A DNA stretch of 64,000 nucleotides from Patescibacteria group bacterium (lineage in GTDB: Bacteria; Bacillota; UBA4882; JAAYXC01). Made by a program: the position numbers and the translations under genes. The stretch's first letter is position 1, and each line of letters opens with the position of its first letter. Below the pieces are notes generated by a model. That model worked only from the letters and a program-made list of their open reading frames with translations. It was not told the origin of the DNA and did not search any database. Location: NCBI GenBank assembly GCA_050260175.1, contig JBLNBS010000070.1:3379-67378 (forward strand), given 5' to 3'. Of this stretch, positions 47,306 to 57,547 are shown piece by piece.

Positions 47306-49117
47306 GTGAGGATCATGCGATGGCTCATGGCGGTGCGTGAAAAAAAAGGCGACTGGGGCACGGGATTCAGGGCCGCATCATGCACGATCAAGGCCCCCGC
47401 CTGCTGGCAGGAGAGGATCGCGGCGCTCGTGGCCGCGGCGGGACACCGCCCGGCTTCCGACGGACGTTACGCGCTGGTGGCGGCGGAGGCGCCGGAGCTG
47501 CCGCCGGAGTCATACCGCATCAGGTTCGTGCCCGCGGAGGGGCGCGGCACGCTCGCCATCGCGGCATCCGACGCGCGCGGCGCGGCCTATGCCGCCCGGA
47601 CGGCCGCGGAGCTCATGGGGGCCGAACCGGGCGGAGAGGTGACTATCGAGGACGGGCCGGCCTTTGCCGTGCGCGGCGTGGTGGAGGGTTTCTACGGCCG
47701 GCCCTGGAGCCACGCCGAGCGCCTGGATGCCCTGGCATTCATGGGCGGGCACCGGCTGAACACTTACATGTACGCGCCAAAGGACGACGCCTACCATCGC
47801 AGGCTGTGGCGGATCCCTTACGGGCGCGCGGCGATGGGCCGGTTCCGCGCCTTGGCCGGGGCCGCCGCCCGCCACGGCGTTGATTTCGGCGTGGCGATCA
47901 GCCCCGGGCTGTCCCTGCGTTACAGCGACGAGGGCGATTACCGCCTCCTCCTCGCCAAGTACAGGCAGTTCACGGCCCTCGGCCTCCGCGTCCTCGGCCT
48001 CTATCTCGACGACATACCCGGCCGGCTGGTCCACGAGGCCGATCGGGACCGGTTCGGCACCCTGGCGCGCGCCCAGGCGGCGCTGGCCAACCGGCTCCGC
48101 AGCGATCTGGCCCGCGAGATCCCCCGGCTCTGCCTCGTTTTTTGCCCCACGGAGTATTGCGGGCAGGGCGGCTCCGCCTACCTGCGCGAGCTGGGGGAGC
48201 TCTTGGACCCGTCAATCGAGGTGCACTGGACGGGAAACCGCGTCTGCGCGCGCAGGATCACCCGGGCCGAGGCGCAAAGGGTAGGGGAGGTCCTGCGGCG
48301 GCCCCCGCTCTATTGGGATAACTATCCCGTGAACGATTATTTCATGGTCACCGAGCTGCACCTGGGCCCCTACCGCGGCCGCGCGGCCGACCTGGCCGGC
48401 GCCGCCCGGGGCGTCCTGGCCAATCCCATGAACCAGGCCCTGGCGAGCCGGCCCGCGCTGGCCAGCATGGCCAGGTATCTCTGGCGGCCCGAATGCTACG
48501 ACCCGCGGGAAGCCGCCCTCGAGGCCTACGCGGATCTCGTTCCCGAGCCGGCGCGGGCGGCATTCGCGCATTTTGCGGCGGCCAACGCGCCGGGGCCGTT
48601 TCGCGCGCCGGCGGTGCCGCGGCAGAGCCTTGCATTGGCCCGGCGGCAGGAGGCCCGCGAAGATCGGGACGGGGCGCGCCGCACCTGGGCGGCGGAGGCG
48701 CACCGGCTGGCAAGCTCGGCCGCGGCCCTGCGCGCCCATCTGCCCGCGCCGCTCAAGCGGGAGATAGGCCCCTGGCTCGACGAATACAGGGGTTGGGCCG
48801 TGCTCGCCGCCGTGGGCCTCTTCGCGGAGGCCGGGTTTCACAAGGTGCAGGGGGCGAAGGGGAAAGGGGAAAAGCTCGCGGCCTATCTCAGGCTCGAGCG
48901 GGATTTGGCGCGGCTGCGCCGGGGGCTGTCGGCAAGCGCGCGCTGGCGGACCGGCGTTTGCGGCCGCGAGATCCACGCCCATCTCGTCGATCAGGCCCAA
49001 AGGCTGGAAGGGGTCCTCCGGGTGATGTCGCCGTTCCCCGCTGTTCTCCGGCCGCTTCTGCGGTTTTGCGGCCGGTTCGTCACAGGGCGGCGTGCTTTTC
49101 CCCCACCCGGGCCTTGA
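47306..49117 (+). CDS. GH84-family beta-N-acetylglucosaminidase (O-GlcNAcase-like)
   Basis: GVVEGFYGRPWS, LNTYMYAPKDD, YLDDIP and YWDNYPVND match GH84 signatures. Confidence 0.7.
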   Translation: MRIMRWLMAVREKKGDWGTGFRAASCTIKAPACWQERIAALVAAAGHRPASDGRYALVAAEAPELPPESYRIRFVPAEGRGTLAIAASDARGAAYAARTAAELMGAEPGGEVTIEDGPAFAVRGVVEGFYGRPWSHAERLDALAFMGGHRLNTYMYAPKDDAYHRRLWRIPYGRAAMGRFRALAGAAARHGVDFGVAISPGLSLRYSDEGDYRLLLAKYRQFTALGLRVLGLYLDDIPGRLVHEADRDRFGTLARAQAALANRLRSDLAREIPRLCLVFCPTEYCGQGGSAYLRELGELLDPSIEVHWTGNRVCARRITRAEAQRVGEVLRRPPLYWDNYPVNDYFMVTELHLGPYRGRAADLAGAARGVLANPMNQALASRPALASMARYLWRPECYDPREAALEAYADLVPEPARAAFAHFAAANAPGPFRAPAVPRQSLALARRQEAREDRDGARRTWAAEAHRLASSAAALRAHLPAPLKREIGPWLDEYRGWAVLAAVGLFAEAGFHKVQGAKGKGEKLAAYLRLERDLARLRRGLSASARWRTGVCGREIHAHLVDQAQRLEGVLRVMSPFPAVLRPLLRFCGRFVTGRRAFPPPGP

Positions 49118-50399
49118 TCTCCTCGAGCCTGCGGCCGTGCAGGGGATACCAGATCATCCCCAGGACGGTGAGAACGAGCGCGGCAAGGGGGATTGCGCTC
49201 ATGAGAAACCGGATGCCGAAGAGCGCCGTGGCCGTCTGTGCCGCGGCGTTTTCGTCGTACCGGAAAACCGTGAGGACGGAGGCGATGATCACGCCCTGCA
49301 GGGCGCCGGCCAGGCGGATGGCGAGGCCGTTGATGCCAAAGAACATGCCCTCGCGCCGCTCGCCCGTACGCAGCTCGTCCTCGTCGATCACATCGGAGAT
49401 CAGGAGGTCGGGGATGAGCATCAGGCCGGCCAGCCCCACGCCGAGGAGGCCGCAGAGGACGAAGGCCGCGGGCACGCTGCCCACGAAGATGAAGCCGAGG
49501 CAGGCCAGGCCGAAGGCGGCGGCCGTGCAGATCTGCGCCGCGCGGGGGCCGCGCTTGACCGTGACGGCCCGCCAGAAAAGGAGCAGGGGCAGGGTCACGA
49601 GGAAGGCCGTGCCCAGGAGGAGGGTCTGGATCATGCCCTCCGCGTGCAGGATGTACTTGGCAAAAAAGGCGAAGGTGGCCTGGACCGTGCCCATGGCCAG
49701 GGTGATGCCGAAATTGGCCAGGGCGAAAAGAAGGAAAGCCTTGCTCGTGAAGGTGAACTTGAGCGCGCGGATGAGGCCGACCTCGGCGCCCTGCCGGTAC
49801 TCGGGCCGCTCCCTGCTGCCGAGGAGCGAGAGGAACATGGTGGCCAGGGTGACCAGGGCCAAGGCCCCGCCCATCCAGGCCCAGCCCAGACCCTTGTAGA
49901 GTATGGGCGGAATGGCCATGCCGAGCACGAGGCCCACGATGGCCAAGATCTGCCGCCACGCCGAGACCTCCGCCCGTTCCTCGAGGCTGGGGAACATCTC
50001 CGGGAACAGGGCGGTCCAGTTGAGCACGACCAGGGTAAAGAAGGAGTCGAACAGGAACATGGAGCCGAGCAGGTACCAAAAGAGCCAGCCCTGCTGGGCC
50101 GCGGTAGAGGGGGGCACCCAGAGCAGGAAGAAGAAGAGGGCGAAGGGCACGGTGCCGAGGGCGATGAAGGGTATGCGCCGGCCCCAGCGGGTGCGCGTCC
50201 GGTCGGACCACTGGCCGAAGAGCGGATCGTTGATCGCGTTCCAGAGGCCGAAAAAGAACCAGGCCAAGCCGAAGAGGGTCTTGGGGAATTTCATGACATC
50301 GATGTAAAAGAAGGTGATGTAGGTGAGGAAAGCCTGGTTGGAGACGGCCGCCGCGAGGGAGCCGCAACTGTAGAGGATCTTGCGCCCGCGCATGCCCAT
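49080..50399 (-). CDS. GPH-family (MelB-like) glycoside/cation symporter
   Basis: Twelve transmembrane helices and the GPH motif GQWSDRTRTRWGRRIPF. Confidence 0.7.
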   Translation of the reverse strand: MGMRGRKILYSCGSLAAAVSNQAFLTYITFFYIDVMKFPKTLFGLAWFFFGLWNAINDPLFGQWSDRTRTRWGRRIPFIALGTVPFALFFFLLWVPPSTAAQQGWLFWYLLGSMFLFDSFFTLVVLNWTALFPEMFPSLEERAEVSAWRQILAIVGLVLGMAIPPILYKGLGWAWMGGALALVTLATMFLSLLGSRERPEYRQGAEVGLIRALKFTFTSKAFLLFALANFGITLAMGTVQATFAFFAKYILHAEGMIQTLLLGTAFLVTLPLLLFWRAVTVKRGPRAAQICTAAAFGLACLGFIFVGSVPAAFVLCGLLGVGLAGLMLIPDLLISDVIDEDELRTGERREGMFFGINGLAIRLAGALQGVIIASVLTVFRYDENAAAQTATALFGIRFLMSAIPLAALVLTVLGMIWYPLHGRRLEEIKARVGEKHAAL

Positions 50400-50510
50400 G
50401 CCCCCCGGTTCAGAGGATGAGCGGGTATTCAACGCCGTATATGGGAAGTCCTGCCGGTTATAATCCGCCCCCGATCCTTGGATGCTATCGCTTTGACGGG
50501 GGTGTTTTTG

Positions 50511-51476
50511 ATGTCCGGGAAAAATCCATCCGCGCCTGGTTTGGCAATCCTTCTTTGCTTTGCCGCTATCCTTGCCCTTGGCTGCCCGAGGGGGCTCTCG
50601 CCCCTGCGGGGCGCGCCGACCCGCCGGCGGAGCGAGCCCGTCATCAGCGTGTTTTTTCACGAGAACGGCACGACGCGCAAGATGCCCCTCGAGCAGTACC
50701 TGGTGGGCGTCGTGGCGGGCGAGATGAAGCCGGACTGGCCGCGCAAAGCCTATGCCGCGCAGGCCATCGTGGCCCGGACCTTCACCATGGAATTCATCGG
50801 GCGGGGCGGCACGCGCCGGCTGCACGGCACGGACATCTGCACCGACGAAGAGCACGCCCAGGCCTATACCACGAGCAGCATCACGCCTCTGATCCGCCAA
50901 GCCGTGGCCGACACCAGGGGGGTCGTCATGCTCCATGGCGGCCGCTACGTCCACGGCTGGTTCTCCGCGAGCTGCGGCGGGCGGACCGCCTATGCCAGGC
51001 AGGGGCTGGCCTATAAGGGCGCGGAGCCGCCGTACATCAGCTCGGTCTCCTGCCCCGAGGGGCGGGTCATCCCAAAATCCGAGCAGCTCTGGCAGGCCCG
51101 GTTCAGCGGCGCGGAGATGGCTGCGGCGGTAAAGAAAGCCACCGGCAGGGATCTCGGCCAGGTCACCGGGGCCGAGCGCTTGGGCGTGGATCGGACGACG
51201 CACCGCACCACCAGGCTCCGCCTGACGGGCGCGAACGGCTCGGCCGAGTTGGCGGCGGCGGATTTCCGCGTGGCCATAGGGCCGGAAAAGATGCGCTCGA
51301 TCTGGCTTTTGGAGCTCAAAAGCGAGGGCGGCGCCACGGCCATGTCCGGGCGCGGTTTCGGCCACGGCGTGGGCCTCTGCCAGTGGGGGGCGCATGCCCT
51401 GGCCAAGGAGGGCAAGACGCCCAACGAGATCGTGCAGCATTTTTACCCCAGGGTGAAGATCACGAAGATGTGGTGA
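50511..51476 (+). CDS. SpoIID/LytB-domain protein
   Basis: AQAIVARTF, CTDEEHAQAY and SASCGGRT match SpoIID/LytB-domain signatures. Confidence 0.7.
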   Translation: MSGKNPSAPGLAILLCFAAILALGCPRGLSPLRGAPTRRRSEPVISVFFHENGTTRKMPLEQYLVGVVAGEMKPDWPRKAYAAQAIVARTFTMEFIGRGGTRRLHGTDICTDEEHAQAYTTSSITPLIRQAVADTRGVVMLHGGRYVHGWFSASCGGRTAYARQGLAYKGAEPPYISSVSCPEGRVIPKSEQLWQARFSGAEMAAAVKKATGRDLGQVTGAERLGVDRTTHRTTRLRLTGANGSAELAAADFRVAIGPEKMRSIWLLELKSEGGATAMSGRGFGHGVGLCQWGAHALAKEGKTPNEIVQHFYPRVKITKMW

Positions 51477-51580
51477 CCTGACCCGCTATTGGGTGAGGCT
51501 GCGGCCGTCCCCGGGCGCAGCTTCCAGCTTTTACAGTCGCGGCCGCCACGGCGGAGCAGGTCAACGGTGCCCAGACCCTG

Positions 51581-53725
51581 GTGACGACGTACGAATACGA
51601 CGCCCTTGGGCGGCAGACGGGACTGAAAGATGCCAAATACAATGCCGGTCAAACCACGGCCCAGACCGTCATGGCCTATGACTCCCTGGGCAGGCTGCTC
51701 GACAAGACCGACCCCTACGCCGGTCACACGACCTATCAATACGATCTCGTCGGCAACGTGATCGCCAAGACCGACGCCAAGGGGAGCAAGCTGATCTACG
51801 CCTACGACGCCTTGAACCGCCTGGTCAGCAAATCCGTTTTGCGCCCGGGTGAATCGGTGCCGGTCGTTCTTTCCACGCTGGTTTACGACGAGACGACGCG
51901 TACTTTTGGCATCGGCCGGTTGACCAGCACCTATCTGGGCTCGTCCACCCAGGACGGTGAGTACGATTATGACGCCGAGGGCAACCCAACCTACACCACG
52001 AAGTATATCGACGGTACGGCCTATATCACCCGGGTGGAGACCGATCCCCTGGGCAGGATGACCCGCCTGACCTATCCGGATGGCTCCATCGTCGACTACA
52101 CATACGAGGCCGGGGCATTGAAAACCGTGGGTTCTTACGCCACTTACAGCAACTGGAACGCCGCCGGCCTGCCGCGGGATGTGGACTACGGCAACGACAC
52201 AGAAACGACCTATACTTATGATCCTCAAACACTGCGACTGGCCAACCTCGAAACCCGCGCCCCGGGAGGCACGGTGATCCAGTCCTACGCCTACAGCTTC
52301 GACCCCGTGGGCAACATCACAGCCATCACCGACAACGCGCCCATCACCTCGCTTCATACAATCAGTGTCAGCCAGAGCTTTACCTACGACGCCCTGAACC
52401 GCCTGACCGGCTCCAGCGTCTGGGGTTCCTATGCCTATGACGAGGTCGGCAACATCACCGCCAAGGAAGGCATAACATTCACCTACACCGACCCCGCGCA
52501 TCCCTACTGCCCGACCGGGGGCAGCAGCGGCTACCAGGCGAGCTACGATCCAAACGGCAACCTGGCGGAGAAGACGGACAAGAATGGCGTCCACTGGCGG
52601 TACGTATACGACGATGAAAACATGCTGATCCAGGTCTATAAGACACCGGCGGGAGGGTCCGAGGGTCTGGTCGAGGAATATACCTATGGAACGGATGGAC
52701 TAAGAAGCCGGAAGGTCAATCATGAGGGTGGCCAAGCGGTAAGCACATCCTACGTTTATCTCGGTTATAACGTCCTTTACGAAAAGACCGGGGAAACGGC
52801 CGCGCGGTACATCCTGGCCAATGACCGGGAGATCGCCAAAGTAGCCGGCAGTGAGACATACTACACGCACCGGGACCATCTGGGGTCGTCGTCTGTGGTA
52901 ACCAATGGGTCAGGTAGCGTTGTGGCCTGGAATGCCAATCACCCGTATGGCGATGAGTGGATCGTCGGACCGGGGGCGGATGTGGACCGGCATAGGTTCA
53001 CGGGTAAGGAGACAGATGCAGGAACTGGGTTGGTATATTTCGGGGCGAGGTATTATGATACGGAGATCGGGAGGTTTACGACAGTTGATCCAATACAAGA
53101 TGGATGGAATTGGTATGAGTATTGTCGATCAAATCCATTGACATATATAGATCAAAACGGCTTTTATCCCGCCATAGGTTCCAGCGCTCAAGAAGAACAA
53201 AAACTAAGAGGTAATGGATATACAGAAACTAAAACAAATCCGGATGGATCGATCACAACGACAACAACAATTTATCGTGGTTATTATGGTACAGATGTGA
53301 CCATTATCCAAGATAAAAGATCAAAATATTTTCCATTTGGCACAAGAATAGTTACTGAAGTTCATGCAACATTTAATATTATTGATACCAATCAAGAAGC
53401 ATATAATCTTAATCGATTAGATAATATATGCAATTGGTTTAAAGACGGATTGATGATCGTTGGCGGTTATGTTATAGCTGAACCGTTTGCGTTATTAGGG
53501 ATATTGAATTTCGCTGCCGATGCTTTTACTTCATTCGGTAGCGGCCAGCCTACTTATGAAAAAGGGGATGTTGTTTACGAGGTCAATGCTACAAGAGATT
53601 CTTATACCTTTCCATTCCTTCATACCTCACAGACTATGCAGTATATCATCATCGTGAAAAGCGATAAGGTATTGATTATAGAAATTACTAATAGCTTGAA
53701 TTATGGAGGCGGGTTTTATCAATGA
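51581..53725 (+). CDS. RHS/YD-repeat protein fragment (5'-truncated) with the RHS core and a low-GC C-terminal toxin domain
   Basis: YD repeats (YEYDALGRQ, YQYDLVGNV, YAYDALNRL and others) and the RHS core (YYTHRDHLGSS...RFTGKETD...ARYYDTEIGRFTTVDPIQ...NPLTYIDQNGF). The last ~190 aa drop sharply in GC. An in-frame stop at 51494 and the end of the upstream SpoIID gene at 51476 leave no room for an N-terminal domain. Confidence 0.75.
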   Translation: MTTYEYDALGRQTGLKDAKYNAGQTTAQTVMAYDSLGRLLDKTDPYAGHTTYQYDLVGNVIAKTDAKGSKLIYAYDALNRLVSKSVLRPGESVPVVLSTLVYDETTRTFGIGRLTSTYLGSSTQDGEYDYDAEGNPTYTTKYIDGTAYITRVETDPLGRMTRLTYPDGSIVDYTYEAGALKTVGSYATYSNWNAAGLPRDVDYGNDTETTYTYDPQTLRLANLETRAPGGTVIQSYAYSFDPVGNITAITDNAPITSLHTISVSQSFTYDALNRLTGSSVWGSYAYDEVGNITAKEGITFTYTDPAHPYCPTGGSSGYQASYDPNGNLAEKTDKNGVHWRYVYDDENMLIQVYKTPAGGSEGLVEEYTYGTDGLRSRKVNHEGGQAVSTSYVYLGYNVLYEKTGETAARYILANDREIAKVAGSETYYTHRDHLGSSSVVTNGSGSVVAWNANHPYGDEWIVGPGADVDRHRFTGKETDAGTGLVYFGARYYDTEIGRFTTVDPIQDGWNWYEYCRSNPLTYIDQNGFYPAIGSSAQEEQKLRGNGYTETKTNPDGSITTTTTIYRGYYGTDVTIIQDKRSKYFPFGTRIVTEVHATFNIIDTNQEAYNLNRLDNICNWFKDGLMIVGGYVIAEPFALLGILNFAADAFTSFGSGQPTYEKGDVVYEVNATRDSYTFPFLHTSQTMQYIIIVKSDKVLIIEITNSLNYGGGFYQ

Positions 53726-54015
53726 AAGTTGGTTTCGCGGCTTTTTTATGGTTATTATTTACATTTTTTGGATATTTTCTAAATACTAAGTTTATACTTC
53801 ATTATGAATCAAATTTATTACATATGATTTTTAAGATCAATAATAGATATTTATATAGATTTATTCAATCATTATGGCGCATGACGGTTGCAACAGGATT
53901 TTATTTGTTATTAATTTATAGTACTAAGTTATTTTATCGATATATTTACTTTGCTTTATTAAGTTTCACGCTTGGTTTATTATTAAGTAAAAAAACATTT
54001 ATGAAATGTCGGTGA
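53722..54015 (+). CDS. Putative RHS-toxin immunity protein (low-GC, membrane)
   Basis: Start overlaps the toxin stop (ATGA). Very AT-rich; three or four transmembrane helices. Confidence 0.4.
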   Translation: MKVGFAAFLWLLFTFFGYFLNTKFILHYESNLLHMIFKINNRYLYRFIQSLWRMTVATGFYLLLIYSTKLFYRYIYFALLSFTLGLLLSKKTFMKCR

Positions 54016-54431
54016 TTACTATATCCTGAAGTCGGAGGACAAGCAAAGCCCCAAAGGACCGCAAAGGAAAACCGTCTCCTGCTGTAGCCGGGGAGGCGGT
54101 TTGTTATCAGGAATCTATCTCCACTCAGGATGGGCTTATAGGCGGCGATGTACATGGAGGTACCCAAGCCGCCACCGAATCCCCGCAGGGATTTGAGAAC
54201 GCTTTTGAGGCGGTGTGAAAAACCCGTCTCTCTACCCGGGGGGCTGCTTTGGACCATCCTTGGTCGTCGCTGCCTTTTACCCATCGTGGGTATGAGGTGA
54301 ATCCCCAGGCTACAACTGAACGATTTTCCAAAGCCCTGTCCGGCCCGCTTTGAGACATCCGTGTCCGTCGCGGGCTTCAATCCCTTCTGGGCTGACCTGA
54401 CAGGGCTCGGATAGTCTTCGAAGTTACACCG

Positions 54432-54470
54432 AACCCGTACAGGACGTACGGGTTTTAGAAGTGTTTTTTT
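54432..54470 (+). terminator. Rho-independent terminator-like hairpin
   Basis: AACCCGTAC-AGGAC-GTACGGGTT followed by TTAGAAGTGTTTTTTT. Confidence 0.4.
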
Positions 54471-54559
54471 GAATAGCCCAGGGTTTCAACCCTGGGTTGA
54501 CGGTGATCGGTCTTTTCACACCGCTTTTAGCGTAGCCCAGGAATTCATTCCTGGGCACC

Positions 54560-56716
54560 TCAATTCCTGTTCTCCACCGTCCTCGTCAAGATCGGAAACC
54601 CCGTCGGCCGCAGGATCTCCACCACCAGGCTGTGCCCGGACGGCGCCTCATAGTCCCAGGCGTAGCGCCAGACCGCGCCCGGGGCCAAGGTGGGCAGGAC
54701 CCGCGTGCCCGAGCAGAATTCCCCGCCATTGGCGTCCAGAACCGTCCAGCGCAGCCGGTAGCCGCGGAGCGTGTACGCGGGCATCTCCCGCTCGACCGGC
54801 CCGCGGGCGTGCAGGACCAGCTCGGCGCCGTAAAAGTTGCCGGTCCGCGTGGCCATGGTGACCAGGCTGTCGAGGACGGCCGGCGCGTATTCCGCCGCGA
54901 GGAGATCCCTTGAGGGCAGGGGCCTGCGCTCGGCATCCACGAGGCCCATGCGAAAGTTGGCGGGCGTGCGGTAGTCGGCGTAGCACCAAAAGACGGCGGC
55001 CGCGATGTAGTCGCGCCGGCGAAAGGCCGCCATCTGCTCGCGGATGACCGCCTGCCGCTGCCTGTCGTGCTGGAGGGGCGGGGCCGTGCCGGGCGCCACG
55101 TAAAAAGAGGTTGTGTCCTCGGGGCGGGGGCCGAAGGGCCAGTTGGGCTCGTAGCCGAACTCGGAGATGACGATCATCCGGTCCGGCCAAATCCTGTGGA
55201 GGTTGTCCAGGGCGGGTTCCAGGTCCTGCTTGCGGCCGGCCCAGGTGCCAAAGTACTGGTTCATCATGATGAAATCCACGAGATCGCTGGCCTCGTCCCC
55301 GGCCCGCGCCAACCAGCCCAGGCGGTTGCTGGCAAAGGAGACGGGGCGTGTCGGGTCGAGCGACTTGACGTAGCCGTACAGGGTCTTGACGAATTCCTTG
55401 CCCGCCGCCGAAGTGGAGTCGATCTCGTTGCAGAGGCTCCAGGCCCAGATGCAGGGGTGGTTGTAGTCGGTCTCGATCATCTCGCGGAGCTGCTGCTTGA
55501 CGAGGTCCACGACCTTGGCGTCGCTCATCTGGCTGGCGCTGAGCTGCCAGGCCGGCACCTCAGGGATGAGCAGGATGCCGTTGCGGTCGCAATAATCCAG
55601 GATGAAGCGGTGCTGCGGGTAATGGACGGGCCTGGTCAGGGTCGTGTTCAAGAGCTTGAGCTGGTCAAAATCCCAGCGCATCATGGCCACCGGCTCGGCC
55701 GAGCCGTACCAGGCGCTGTCCGCGTGCCTGGTCACGCCGGAGAGCCGCACCCGTTCGCCGTTGAGGTAAAGCCCGGTGCCCCTGATCTCCACCCGCCGCA
55801 CGCCAAAGGTGGTCCGGTAAGTGCCGGGGGAAAACCCCTTGGCTCGCAAGCCGAGTTCCAGGCGGTAGAGGACCGGCCGGTCGAAATGCCAGGGCTCGAG
55901 ATTCGGCACCACGGCCTTGAAGCGGACCTCTCCCCGGCCCGCGGGCGCGGCGGCGGCCACCGCGTCGCCCGTCCAGAGGGGCGCCCCGCCGCCGTCCGGG
56001 TAGACCGCGGGGAGGAGTTCCACGGGCACCTCCCTGCCCGTGGCGTTCTCGAGGAATGCCCTGATCTCGAGCTCGCCCCGGCCGGACTCCGCCGGCACGG
56101 CGGAGACCAGGGCGTGATGGACGTAGACCGGGCCCGTCGAGACGAGGCTGACGTCCCGCACCAGCCCGCCGTAGCCCCACCAGTCGTAGGACCAGGAGGG
56201 GCCGAGCTTTGCCGGCACCCGGTCGTAGTCGCGGCGGTTGTCGAGCCGGACGGCGATGAGGTTGAGCTCGCCCGGCCTCAACAGCTTCGTCACGTCGAAC
56301 TCGAATCTGGTGTAGCCGCCCTCGTGGGCGCCCAGGAAGACGCCGTTGAACCAGACCCGGGCCAGGTAAAAGGCGGCGTCGAAGACGAGACGCGTCTGCC
56401 TGCCCGCGGCGGCGCGCGGCCCGGCGAACGATTTGCGGTACCAAGCCACGCCCTCGTAGTCGCGCCAGGCCCTCATGGTGTTCCAGGTATGGGGGACGCT
56501 GACCGTCTCGGCTCCGGGCGGCTCAAAGCCAGGACGGTACCACTTGTTCTCTTCCCCCCTGCCGGCCGGATCGGCGGCAAAGGACCATTCGCCGCCGAGA
56601 TCGTAGACCTCGCACCCCGCAGGCTGGCCCGGGACGGGTGGCGGAGAAGCGGCCCGCACCGGCAGGGCCAGCACGGCGACTGAGAGCAGGAGCAGCAGCT
56701 TGATCGGCTTGCCCAA
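54560..56716 (-). CDS. GH2-family secreted glycoside hydrolase (beta-galactosidase/mannosidase/glucuronidase-like)
   Basis: Signal peptide and GH2 sugar-binding/TIM-barrel signatures (NGVFLGAHEGGYT, WSLCNEI). Confidence 0.8.
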   Translation of the reverse strand: MGKPIKLLLLLSVAVLALPVRAASPPPVPGQPAGCEVYDLGGEWSFAADPAGRGEENKWYRPGFEPPGAETVSVPHTWNTMRAWRDYEGVAWYRKSFAGPRAAAGRQTRLVFDAAFYLARVWFNGVFLGAHEGGYTRFEFDVTKLLRPGELNLIAVRLDNRRDYDRVPAKLGPSWSYDWWGYGGLVRDVSLVSTGPVYVHHALVSAVPAESGRGELEIRAFLENATGREVPVELLPAVYPDGGGAPLWTGDAVAAAAPAGRGEVRFKAVVPNLEPWHFDRPVLYRLELGLRAKGFSPGTYRTTFGVRRVEIRGTGLYLNGERVRLSGVTRHADSAWYGSAEPVAMMRWDFDQLKLLNTTLTRPVHYPQHRFILDYCDRNGILLIPEVPAWQLSASQMSDAKVVDLVKQQLREMIETDYNHPCIWAWSLCNEIDSTSAAGKEFVKTLYGYVKSLDPTRPVSFASNRLGWLARAGDEASDLVDFIMMNQYFGTWAGRKQDLEPALDNLHRIWPDRMIVISEFGYEPNWPFGPRPEDTTSFYVAPGTAPPLQHDRQRQAVIREQMAAFRRRDYIAAAVFWCYADYRTPANFRMGLVDAERRPLPSRDLLAAEYAPAVLDSLVTMATRTGNFYGAELVLHARGPVEREMPAYTLRGYRLRWTVLDANGGEFCSGTRVLPTLAPGAVWRYAWDYEAPSGHSLVVEILRPTGFPILTRTVENRN

Positions 56717-56722
56717 CGCGGA

Positions 56723-57466
56723 TCAGCACCTTTCGCAAGGGCCAGTCTCCCCGGATTTGGCACAGGTCTGATCCTCCGGAGGGGGGAGTACCTCCCAGCC
56801 CAGCTCCTGGGCCTTGCGCAGGAGCCCCCGGTCCGGGTTGACCGCCACCGCATGTCCGGCCAGGGAGAGGATGGGCAGGTCGTGAAGGGAATCCGCATAG
56901 GCATACGCCCGGTCCAGGTCGTATGTCTCGCCGGCCCGCCCGAGCCCGGCCAGGTATGCCCTGAGGGCCGCGGCCTTGGCCGGCCCAATGCAGTGGGCGC
57001 CGATGCGGCCCGTGCATCGCCCGTCCCGCATCACGAGCGGGGTGCCGAGCCAGGCCCCGGCGCCGATCTCACGCGCGACCAAGCCGAGGAAAACCTCGAA
57101 AGCCCCTGAGAGCAGCACGATCCGGTCGCCGGCGGCGGCGTGGGCCCGGAGCCGCGCCAGGACGGCCGGGTTGAAACGGCTCACGGCCTCGGCCAGGCAG
57201 CGGCCGAAATATGCCTGGAGCTCGTCCTCGTCCATGCCGCGCAGGATCCGGGCCAAGCCCCGCGTGGCGTAGGTCATGAGCCGCAAGCGGCAGAAACCCA
57301 GCTTGTACAGGGCGTAACCGGCCGCGTGCGTGAGGTAGTACCATCTTATCCTGCCGCGCCTGGCCGGGTCCCGGCTGAGCACGCGCAGGAAGAGGCGGAA
57401 CGTTTCCCCGCCGTAAATGGTGCCGTCGAAATCGAAGATGGCCAGCCCCAACGATTTTTTTTGCAT
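56723..57466 (-). CDS. HAD-IB family hydrolase (SerB-like)
   Basis: DFDGT motif in LGLAIFDFDGTIYGG. Confidence 0.6.
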   Translation of the reverse strand: MQKKSLGLAIFDFDGTIYGGETFRLFLRVLSRDPARRGRIRWYYLTHAAGYALYKLGFCRLRLMTYATRGLARILRGMDEDELQAYFGRCLAEAVSRFNPAVLARLRAHAAAGDRIVLLSGAFEVFLGLVAREIGAGAWLGTPLVMRDGRCTGRIGAHCIGPAKAAALRAYLAGLGRAGETYDLDRAYAYADSLHDLPILSLAGHAVAVNPDRGLLRKAQELGWEVLPPPEDQTCAKSGETGPCERC

Positions 57467-57547
57467 CATCTTAACACTATTAATGGTTTTATCCGCATAA
57501 TCTGTGAAATCGGTGGTTCAATCGGTCTGGGTTTTCGAGATTCGGGT

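Noticed and set aside
49080-51440. 786-aa minus-strand ORF in the track
   Set aside because: Only 49080-50399 is the GPH symporter. The 5' extension is antisense to the plus-strand SpoIID-domain gene.
54430-54455. Hairpin GAACCCGUAC-AGGAC-GUACGGGUU considered as a group II intron domain V
   Set aside because: It is a perfect stem without the 2-nt bulge and AGC triad context. There are no other intron domains and no IEP ORF nearby. A plain terminator hairpin is the better reading.
55067-56683. 538-aa plus-strand ORF antisense to the GH2 gene
   Set aside because: Same reasoning: GH2 motifs are on the minus strand, and the plus-strand translation is low complexity.
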